From Hyaloraphidium curvatum SAG 235-1 (Eukaryota; Fungi; Monoblepharomycota), in NCBI GenBank assembly GCA_025558095.1, contig JAIVFI010000006.1:558001-622000 (forward strand): a DNA stretch of 64,000 nucleotides. Reading direction: 5' to 3'. Position 1 is the stretch's first letter; every line of letters begins with the position of its first letter. The position numbers and the translations under genes are program-made. The notes beneath the pieces were generated by a model. It was given only the letters and a program-made list of their open reading frames with translations. It was not told the DNA's origin and did no database searches. Below are positions 37,800 to 48,300 of the stretch, in pieces.

Positions 37800-39539
37800 T
37801 CATCTGGCCGTGCTGTAAGCGGCGTCCAGGGAAAGCACTATCTCATCCTGCCGCACGTCGACGGCCGTGCCCACGAAGCTGACATGCGGCAGGAGGGGCA
37901 GCTTCTGCCGAAAGCCTCGAACGAAGTTCTCCAGTGCCTCCGAGTTTGCCCCCAATGCAGCATTGAACACGAGCTTGGCCCGATCAATATCCACCGGCGT
38001 CGCAAAGCTCGAATCCAGGAGCTCGGGAATCAGTTCGGCATCGTCCAGCGACACGTCCAGGAAAGTGTCCTCCCCGGAAGTCGAAATGCCCGGGAGGAAG
38101 CGCAAGACGAGCGACATGATCATGCTGAAGAGATGATGATCGACCGCCGCTGCACCCGAGACATCCTGGCCGGAAACCTCGAGGACTGCTTTGATTGTCA
38201 CCTCGACCGTCTTCGGCGATTCCGGAGGGCCAACACGTATCGCAGGGGCACGATCCAGCTTCACTGCGACGGCACAAGGTGCGTTCCGGAACTGTTCGTC
38301 GACCTGCGGCACCGCCTGGGACCAGAGAACGGAGCAATTGGTGATCTCGGGAGGACCGTCCGCGTGGTCGGGATCGAAACGGTCAAACTCCCACTGCTTG
38401 GGGGATCCCGTGACGAACCAGGCCCACGATAGACAGTTCGGGACCGTCGAGAGCAGGAAGATCGAGGTTCCTTGCTGCCTCCCCAGCGCAAGCGGCGCCT
38501 GCGCCCGCGCGGTCGAGCTGAAGGGGCAGCCCATGACGCTGGCTTCGATGTGGCCCATCGCGTACGCCGAAAAGATCTCGATCTGGCCCGAAAAGCTGGT
38601 GTTGACTTCCAGAGTGCTCACGTTTACGGAACGCGGCATCGACGCGAAGATCTCGTTGGCCCTGGCCGGCAAATCAACCTGGATCGCGTTCCTCACGGCC
38701 TCCGCGACCCGCCCTTTGATGTTGCCCTTGAAGATGTTGGCAAGGACCTCGTAGAGCCATGCAGCTCCGGATTCGGATATCTTGATGTCCAGCGAACCCA
38801 TCACCACCTCGCTGTCCCCGACGGACATGCGCACCAGGCCCTCCGGAGTGACGTCGAGGGTGACGTGCGCGGAAACCAGGCACTCGCTGGCGACCACGAG
38901 AGCGTGGCCGTGAGACTTGACGTGCGGCCATCGCAGCTGCTCGAGCTCAAAGTTGAACTGCGGGGGCCATGAGTTGGGCCCGGGGAGCGGAAACGCTGCC
39001 GGCCTACCTCGACTTCAACTGTCGAATTGTCAACCATGGCGGCAATGTCGCCATCTCCCAGCGCCACGGACGTACGCCCCGTGTCCAGCACGACCCGCGT
39101 GAGAGTGACGTTGGTGAGCACGATCGAACTGTCTCCCAAGACCGGCGTTGGCTGGGTGGTGTTGACGTCGGGGAGGGATCGCGGCGAGCTGAATTGCTCG
39201 TTCACGATTCCGACCGCGATGATGGCGGCGTCGTCGAACAGCCTGTCCCAGGGGATAAGGCGGTCATGTCATCGATCGCAGGGAGCGAACACACTTTTGA
39301 CGCAGGAGCAGCTCAATGCCGGGTCGCCGATACAGATTCGAAGCAACTGCATCTTCCGGCAGACGTCGTTGGTTGTCACCGTCCTGTTGCCGCAGCCACG
39401 GGCCACCGGTGTGCCGCTGCGACTGCAGTTCCGGGACGCGTCTGCCAAGCAGTGGCGATGCAGGTACGGCCGGGATAAAGCCGCATAGCACAACGAGCAC
39501 CAGCGCCGCTAGCTGCCACAAGATACGTGATCGCGCCAT
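37800..39539 (-). CDS. Secreted BPI/LBP/CETP (TULIP)-like lipid-binding protein
   Basis: Signal peptide MARSRILWQLAALVLVVLCG. LPDVN..IVLTNVTL and AAWLYEVLANIFKGNIKGRVAEAV..LPARANEIFASMP resemble BPI N-domain patterns. Exon structure approximate. Confidence 0.65.
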
Positions 39540-39575
39540 CGACGGGCGGCGGGGCGGCGACCTGCCTGTGCGCGG

Positions 39576-41442
39576 ATGTCGTCTCAGGGAGCGCGCGTGT
39601 CGCCGGTCGCCGGCTCGCCCGGCCCGATGTACAGTAGCTGGCCGGCCAAGAGGCCCCGTGGCATTGGGAAGGGCCATTATTTGGACAGGACGAAGGTCTG
39701 GGCTTCGTCGGCTTCTAGGACGAAAGCAGCATCCGACGCCGCGTACGTTTCAGATTCGAGACAGACAGAGTGCCTTGAAGTCTTCGGTGGAACGATCGGG
39801 CCTTCTCTATGACGACGCACAGAAAGGCGGTTTTGATGGCTCGAGACGGGATTTCCAGGGTTGGAATGGCGCTAGCGCTACCTGGACTTGTCTTACGTTT
39901 GTCCCAGGCGTGTTGTCATACACTCTCTATGCGGAGCGTGCAAAACGGGCGACGGGTCGGCTGCGTTGGTTTTTGAACCCTGTTAGTCGGTGCGGTGGAC
40001 TCACGAGGGTCCTTTTGTGCAGCGTTTGGCAAACCTGAACCGCAATTGGACCAAGCTCTGCGGGATGGCTTGAACATCGAAGACAGGCCACTTCCGCCGA
40101 CTCGGACAGAGACAGCTGTTACCGCGGTACTTTACTAGTGGATTTGCACTGCGCTGCACCCCTAAGCTTGGCCCCCCAGCCGCCTGTCGCGCTGGATAAT
40201 GGCAAGAACCTGGTCTCGGAAGCGCCGAAGAAGGAGGAGCCATGGCTGAAGATAATTCGCGAAGCGGTTGCGGTTCTTCTTGACAATAAGGAACCGACGC
40301 CCGAGTTCAAGGAGTATGAGGAGCTGGTTCGCCGAAAAGCGAAGAGGGACGAAGAGGTTGGTGCTTCCTGACCGTCAAGATAACCCGTCGTCTAACCTGC
40401 TTCCACCATGCAGATCGAAAAGCTGAAGTCCGGGAAGGTGAGTCGCTAGGACCGGTGTGGGTTCCCAGGACTTACCGAACCTCTCAGGACGAGAAACGCA
40501 ACTTCCCCGAGCTTGACGAAGAAGCCTTGAAGAAGGTACCACGCAGCTCATGGAGACGTGTGGCCTGGAATTTTCACTCCGCGCTTGTAGGTGCAAGAGG
40601 CTTTGGGCCCCGGCAAGGGCGCGGTCGCCAACAAGTTCAACATCGCCGTCCAAAAGAGCGACATTGCAACGCTGCGAGACGGACAGTGGCTCAACGACGA
40701 GGTGCGCTCCTGATTTGCAGAACCCCGCGTCTGCTGAACCTCGGCCAGGTCATCAACTTCTACGGCCAGCTCATCATGGAACGCGCCAAGACTGAGCCGG
40801 ACAAGTACCCCAAAGTCCACGTCTTCAACACCAACTTCTTCAGCTTGCTTCGCGACCAGGGCTACAAGTCGGTGCAGCGATGGACGCGAAAGGTACATCT
40901 TCCGTTCAACGCTTTCTCGTCCCGCTGACCAAAAGTTGCCAGTACGACGTTTTCTCTTTCGACTATGTCCTGATACCCGTACATTGGTCAATGCACTGGT
41001 GCTTTGCCGCCATCAACTTCAAGAAGAAGCGCATAGAGTACTACGACTCGCTTCACGGCTCGGACCAGAACTGCGTTGCCGTAGGCACATCGTTGTCGCG
41101 GTCAGGCGCCATCTTATTCGGGTCCACCTGCAGCTTTTGCGAGATTACCTGGAGCGGGAGTCCATGGACAAGAAGAAAAGGCCATTCGATCTCTCGGGGT
41201 GGGAGGACTACATCCCCAAGGTGCGCAGCTCTCCGTGGCCGACTGACACTCTAATCGTAAGCTCGCGTTCTTCTCAGCAGAGTATTCCCGCCCAGAAGAA
41301 CGGCTACGACTGCGGCGTGTTCAGCTGCATGTTTGCAGACTACGTCAGCAGAGAGGAAGTCTTCGACTTCTCGCAGACGCACATGAAGTACTTCCGGAAC
41401 CGCATGATCTACGAGATTGTGAGCACGAAGCTAATGCTGTGA
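39576..41442 (+). CDS. ULP1: SUMO protease Ulp1/SENP (C48)
   Basis: WLNDEVINFY, HVFNTNFF, IPVHWSMHWC, YYDSL, QKNGYDCGVF (His-Asp-Cys triad). Start codon approximate. Confidence 0.92.
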
Positions 41443-41508
41443 CGCATCACGGTGCGTCTGGACGGATGGGCTGCGGGCACGGTGTATGTTTCGATACCCT
41501 GATTCCTG

Positions 41509-42206
41509 TCACTTGGTCTCTTCAACACGGATGATGTGCACACCGCTGTCCGATTCGACGATGTCCGAGATCTCCCCGACCTTGAGGGCAAACGCGGCCC
41601 GCTCAAACGAGGGCTGCATCTGGCCCTTGCTGAAGAATCCGAGATCGCCCCCGCGCTTCGCGCTGCTGCAGTCCGACTGCTGCTCCGCTATCGCAGCAAA
41701 GTCCGCACCATCTTCCACGATGCTCCGGCGGATCTGGCCCAGCTTCTGCAGGGCCTCTTCCTTGGAGCGCGTGATCTTGGCCTCGCGCCAGCTGGAAGGG
41801 TTCCTCGATCCTGGTAGGTGACTGTGACGCGTGCCCATTCGCGTCGATCATGGCGAGCGCTTACCAGTATGCTTCAGTCGCCAATCGGCCCGAGCAATCG
41901 ATGAGCTAGACGTTCCACAGCAACCTGGGAGTCCGAACCTTCACAAGAATGTGCCTCGCCCGCACCGCCACCACATCGGATCCTCCCGCCACCGTCACGC
42001 CTTCAGGGAGATCCCACCGGCTGCAGTTCCCGGCCAATTCAGCGAGCAACGAACCGTCTACACGGTGAACCCACCTCTCCCCGGTCCGCCGGTTGAAGAA
42101 GTAGACCCTGAACGACCGCAAGCTGAGCTCCTGCGCCGAATCCAAACAGATGTGGTTCGTACCGGCCCTTGCTCTTGCTGTACAGCTTCTCCCACTCAGT
42201 GTCCAT
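41509..42206 (-). CDS. ESS1: Parvulin peptidyl-prolyl isomerase Pin1/Ess1
   Basis: WW domain (WEKLYSKSK..VYFFN..RWDLP), RARHILVKH, SRNPSSWR, SDCSSAKRGGDLGFF..QMQPSFE. Confidence 0.95.
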
Positions 42207-42282
42207 CTCGTTTGATCGATGGTTTGTCGGGTCCCGCCGTCCCCAACGACTTCCTCGAATCCGTGCTCCGCGAACTCGCAGG

Positions 42283-44317
42283 ATGCAGTTCGTTCCCCTC
42301 CGGGAGCTTCAGCCGTGCCCCAGCGCCACCTTCTATGCCGTCGTCGCGGCCGCCAAAGAGCCGACAAAGTCGAAAGGAACCGGTTGGAACGGGCCTGTGC
42401 GACGAGCGCTCCGGCTGACCCTGCTTCCAAGACTACGTACTTTCGTTCCAACTGACGGATCCGACTGTGGAAAACACTTTCGTCTCGGTGCAAATATTCC
42501 GGCGGACCCTAGCGGAGCTGCCGTCGGTGCAGGTCGGCGACGTTGTGAAGCTCTCAAACGTCAAGGTGGAGACACCGGGAGGCCGGGGGCGCCGCCAAAT
42601 GGCCAACATCGTCTGCATCGCAGGTCCAACGATTCAATGGGAAGGCCCAGTGCCTGTCGACCCGGCAGACGGCGTGCCTGGCCTTCCCCTCCGATCGCAA
42701 GGACCTCGTCGCCAGGCCTCCGCCCGACAACAGCCCCGAGGGAGCCGCGGAAGTGGACCAGGAGCAGGATGAGCGTCCGATAGCTGCGTTGCGGCGCTGG
42801 TGGAGGAAAAGCAGAGAACGTGTGGAGCCCGCGGCCATGATCCTGCCTTCGGCCCGCCGGCCAACGCTCCGACAGAGCGAGCTGGAAGCCAACAGGTTCT
42901 TCGACTACTACGGCGAGGTTTGTGAGGGTCTCGACTTTTCTCGGCCACCTCAAGACGTGTCCTTCAGGTCCTCGCAACGCGCTCCATCACGGACACCCAG
43001 TGTCTTGTGTGGCTCACGGACTTTACCGCGTCGCCCCTCCTGCGGTGAGGCTCGGCGCACTCGTAAAGGTCTGGACGGCATCTGGAACCACTGCACTTCA
43101 GGCCATATGAGCCGGAAGGCCTCATCCCCGAATACGAGCCCGTATGCCAGGGTTCCGTCTTGCCGTGCATAGCATGGTGGGTGTTTGCGCAATCCGTGGT
43201 GAGGGCGAGAGTGAACGGGAACGCTGCAGGGACGCCAACGCCGTGCGTGCTGCCGGGCTGGTCGCCGGCCAGATCGCCCTGTTCAGGAACATGCTTGCCC
43301 GGGATCGTGATGGGTTCCTGGAAGCGCATCTTCACGGAGACAGGGAAGGGACGGCAACGGAGAACAGGATCAGGGTCATTGATATCGAAGACTCGAGTCT
43401 GCTAGAGTTTCTTGAGTACGCACGCTCCGGACGACGGTGAAGTTCACTTCACTTGACTTACCCACACGCCGTGCAGGCAACGGGCTTCCGTCGTCTCCGT
43501 TCCGCCGCGTCGGATATCCATGTGCCAGCCGTCGCAAAAGCGCCGCATCTCGGAAGCGTTTGACACTGAGGGGGAGGGATCGGAGGCTTCTCCGTCAGCA
43601 AGGAGATCCAAAGCCCTCTCCGCCCGGACGTCGCTAGCCTCTGCACAATCGGCCACGCCGCGGACAAACCGGTCGCGGAGCATTGCGGAGATATTGATGG
43701 ACAACCAGGTGCTGCAGGCGGGCTGCAAGCTAGCGTCGCCCTGATTCCTGCCGCCCCCAGGTCCCAAATCGGTACTTTTGCGACGCCAAAGTTCTGGACT
43801 ACTTGCCGCGGAGGACCAAGGACTTTGCCGTGCCGATCTGCGACCGCTGTCATGCGAGGCAGGATCGCCGATGTTGCTGGCAAGCGTGGGAGCTGACGCG
43901 CTGGAACCCGCTGCAGCTGCCGTCCTTCGGACTCTCCCGAATGCCGCTCCTGCCCCGGCAACACTCGTTTCAGCTTCGAGTTCCGTTTCTCGCTGCTTCT
44001 GGGTGACGGCAAGGACCATTTACCGGTCCATGTTTCGGGGGAAGAGGCGGTGAGCTGGTCGAAACCCCGCTCCCGCTTTCCGTAACCCCGCACTGCCATC
44101 CGCGCAGCGACACTTTTTCGGCCGCCGGCAGGCCGAGAACCTACACAAGTGCGAGCAGGCGGCGCGGGAGATCCACAGCGCCATGATCCGCTCGGCCACG
44201 GTATCGCGAGAGGGGTCCTTCTGCGTGGAATCTTTCTGCCCGGAAAACGCGGCGAAGACGAGCACGGATAGGAGTTATCGGCTTGTATTCACCGCCGGCG
44301 ACAGACCCTTCCTCTAG
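42283..44317 (+). CDS. POT1: Telomeric ssDNA-binding protein Pot1 (OB folds)
   Basis: [61 protein letters not shown]-terminal [13 protein letters not shown]. Confidence 0.82.
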
Positions 44318-45204
44318 ATCGCTTCGCTGAGTAGCCGGTTCAGCTTGCTGATTTTCGACGATACCGAGAGGTCGATCGTCTTGTCGCCGACCTCGACGAT
44401 GAGACCGCCCAGGATGGCGGGGTTCACCTGCGCAGGAAGGTGAGGAACTACACCGCGGCGATGAGTGTCCGGAAAGAGCCCACCTTGCTCGTGACGGAAG
44501 CCTTCTGGTTGGCCTGCAGCAGGTTGCTCTTCTGCAGAAGGTCGCGGATCCTCCCCAAGGTCTTGCTGTCCAGCTCCTGCAAGCCCGCGATTGCCACGGT
44601 CACCACGGTTCGGCAAAGCGCCGCGGTCCGCGGGCGCCCACCTTGGCGGACGTCACCGTCACCTGCACCTGCCCCCGCGACGCCAGCAGCAGCTGCGAGA
44701 AAGCCGTGACGATCTTGGGCGTCTGGTCCAGGCGCCCGTTGTCCGCCAGCGTCTCGAAGAAGTTTGCGGTAATCTTCGAGTACGAGCCCTTCCCCAGCGC
44801 GGCCTTGACGCCGGCCTTCTTCGCCTCACGCGAGATGATGGGCGTCTCCATGAAGAAGCGGAACTTTGCGTCCTTGTCCATCAGGTCCTTGATGGCGGCC
44901 AGGTCGGCCTCGACCTTGTCGACCACGTCCTGCTTCTGCGCGGCGGTGAACAGCGCCGTTGCGTAGCGGCCGTCGATCCCGTGCAGCACGAGCGGCGGCT
45001 GGGGGCGGGTGAGCGGGGGGCGCGGCGGCGGCGGCGCGGGCGGCGCACCTGGCCGGATGCGGCGGTCACGTAGGAGCGGGCGGCGCGCGGGGCCTGCGGG
45101 CGCATCGCGGCGGGCGGCGTCAGCGACGGGGACGGGGCGGCCGGGCCGGCACGACCCACGGCTCCCGCCCGGAACAGTTCCCTCAGCGCCATTCGGGAGG
45201 CCAT
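44314..45204 (-). CDS. ATP5: ATP synthase OSCP subunit
   Basis: [52 protein letters not shown]. Confidence 0.95.
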
Positions 45205-45237
45205 CGCTGGTATGGGCTGTGGCGTGGACAACGGCGT

Positions 45238-45330
45238 CGACAGCGAAAGCACTAGCTACACTCTCAGAAACTGCTACTGTTCCCCCTGTGCCGCAATCCT
45301 TTGCGGCCTAGCAGCAATGTTCATCATCGA
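45238..45330 (-). ncRNA. Candidate Fanzor omegaRNA (right-end scaffold plus flank-derived guide)
   Basis: Downstream of the Fanzor stop and overlapping the TIR. Nested stems CTGCTA/TAGCAG (45271-76/45309-14) and GCCGCAA/TTGCGGC (45290-45307). Boundaries are estimates. Confidence 0.5.
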
Positions 45331-48300
45331 GCCTGCGAATAAAAGGCGGTCCCTGACGGACTCCACCTCGATCAAGCAAATGCAATGGCGCCCACGCGGT
45401 GCATGGCACGCCAACTTGTAACTGTTTCCGCGGCCAGGTCAGCTTGCCGGCTTGAGCTTCTTGACCGACCCATTCGCGGCGCTTGCGGCCGTACGCTTGC
45501 GGCCTGTGGCGGCACCTGGAGCTCCCGGATCAGCTCGGGATGACGCTCGGGATGACCGTCGCGAATGCGAGCGCGCTCACCCGCGGACTTGCGCGGCGCT
45601 GCACCAGTCCCAGCTCGGAGCTTGGGCTGCGGCTTCGGCTTCCTGGTGTCCGGCCTGAACGGCCAGGGGCGCTCCCCTCCGGTGATGAGGCCGAACCAGA
45701 AGAGGTGCTCCATGGAGTGCACACTGTTCACGTCGCGCATCCAGAAGCGGCGGCAGAGGGGACAGTATTTCACCCCGCGCACCTCGCCCTTGGAGCCGGG
45801 GTTCCGGATTCCGACGACATAGGTGGTCTTGCAGCTGGAAAGGACGTCAGGCGAGTCGGATGATCACGGCGGCTGCCGCACCAGCTGCACATCTGGGACG
45901 TGAGGTACTCGTTGACCAAGACCATGATCCCGGCCTTGGCCAGCTCCGCCCTGAAGCGAACGATCCGGGAGGCCGGGCCGCCCTTGCTCGCATGGCCGAA
46001 TCGCGCGGCGCCGTATGCGATGGTCGTCTGTGGATCGTACTTGCCCGAATACGGGTTGCGACACATGTCGCGACAGATCCAGCTGAGGACCTCGCGGCGC
46101 CGGCGAATCGTGCGCACACGATCCAGGCTGCAGGATGCGTGAGCGAAGTCGTTGCCACAGGGATTGGCTTGCCCACCTCCGTTCTCCGGAACAGTAGACG
46201 TCCAGGATGCGGTCGAGTTGTGGCAGCAGCGCCCTCGTGTAGTCCGAGAAGGCTGCACTGTTTGTCGTGCGTTGAGAGGGCAGGTCGCGCTCGAAATCGT
46301 GGAGAGACTTCTGCACAGGGTTGCCCTCGCAATCGTTGACGTCCAGCATGGTGGTCCGCTTGGTGGCATTCAGACGCGCGGCCGCCTTGTCGTAGCCGCA
46401 CAGGCGGCGGTCGAGCTTGGCCGGAACACCGAGGATGAGCTCCGGCAGCGCCGGGGTCCCCGCACGGCCGGCACCAGCGACCTCGCCCCACAGCTTGGCA
46501 CCAAACTCGTCCGTGCAGCCGCCAGGGGTCGGGAACAGTTCGACGTTGCGCCGAGCGTGCTTCTCCGCCTTTGCAGCGTCGTTGGGGCGCGAATCGGGCG
46601 CCGGCGGCTTGAACTCCGAGATCTTGGGCTCCCAGAGCGGGTGGTGTCTGCACGCTCCAGCGGCAGGCGGCGACGGACCGAAAGACCTTGCGATCCGCTT
46701 AGTATCGGAGCAGGAGTGCTCTAGGTGGAAGCCGACGATCCTCCCGAAGCTGACGGAACCGTCGGCCTTGGACGGGTTCGCCCGCTTCGGCACGTAGTGC
46801 GACTTGGTGCCGTCGGCATTGGTCACGGTGATGCGCTCCGTTGTCCCCGGCAGATGACTGTTGGCGAAGTCGTAGCGTCCGTTCGGCCCGGGATTCAGGC
46901 TCTTGGCAACGAGCCGCACGTCGACGCGGCGGTTGGCAACAGCCAGAAACCAGCGATTCGGATCCACGTCGACGACCCCGCCCTCCACTGGCTCGCCGCG
47001 CTCGGCCCGCTCGAACATTTCCGCCTGCGTCGGCATGTGCAGGAGATTGGGTGCCAGCACGGACACATGGTCAGGGCGGCTGAGGTAGTAGACGGGAATG
47101 CCAGTCTTGAAGTCGACCGGGGGCCGCGGCAACGGCTCGGCAGAACGCGGCGGGAGCGGAACCGGGGTCGGGGCCAGCTGAGGAGGTACGGGGGCAGCGA
47201 ACTTGCCCTCGACCGTTACCGTCGGCGGCGACGGTTCGACCGCGCAAACGACGACTTCGGGAGGGAAGCAAGAAAGGAAGGGGGAAGGAAGTGGCGGCGA
47301 GAAGTCGGGGAAAGGAAGGGCCGCGCATGGATGCACAGAAGTCTCGGGCACCGAGTCACCGGGCGAGACAGTCGCGCAGGGAGGGTCGTTGTGCCCCGAG
47401 CTCAGGGGCGCGAACACGTTGGGCGCACAGTCCACGGCCTTGCAGGCGGCATCTTGACAGCACGAGCACGGGTCGTGCACCCAATGCGGGGGCGGTTCCG
47501 GGGGAATGGAGGCAGGGAGAGAAGTCGAGGCTGGTGGTTCGACGAAGGAGAAAAAGGGCGGGGGTTCCGGCGGGACCGCGGCGGGGATGCCGCAGTCCGC
47601 CGGAGGCTCGGAAGGCATGGTGGTGAAGTTAAGGTTGCTGCTGGCACAATAAGAGGGCTCCCAATCCATCGGGACCGATTCGTCCCCTTGGGCCGTCGCC
47701 TGCAGGTAGTAGACCATGCCCCCATGCCAAATCCGATTCTGGCCTGGAAAAGTGAGGATCCGATCAGCCTCCGAACCCGTGCGTCACTGAGCAAAATGCC
47801 CACCATCGAAGACAGCCATGTCGCACGGCGGGTCCGGATCGCCGTTTGGCAGCCATGGACCGGTGTAGAGCGGCGGGTATGGATCCATCGGAACATCGCG
47901 AGGGAACGAAACATCCACTTCGAAAGCAGCAAGACCGGCGGGCACATGAGCTGCGGCGGGAACGGAGACGGTGGGCCGAGTTTGAACAGGAGGAGCCGGC
48001 GCGGCTGCTGGCGAATGCGCTGCGCGCTTTGGCGGCTCGACGTCCTGTGTCGTGTTTTGCCGCTCCTGCTGCTGCGACTGCTGGAACGAGACCTTTTCCA
48101 CGAAGGAGACTTCTTCGTTAAGAATGCCCAGGGTGCTGCCGCAATGATAGATGCCCCGGACGCCGGAGTACCTCAGAACGTCCGCGGTGCGACGATAGAT
48201 GGGCTGCGTGGCGGCGGCATGGCCCCTTGCCGAGACTTTGCCCTGCTGACGGAGGCGGAAGAGCCGGTCCTCGTTGACGAGTTGGTTGCCGCCGTTGAGC

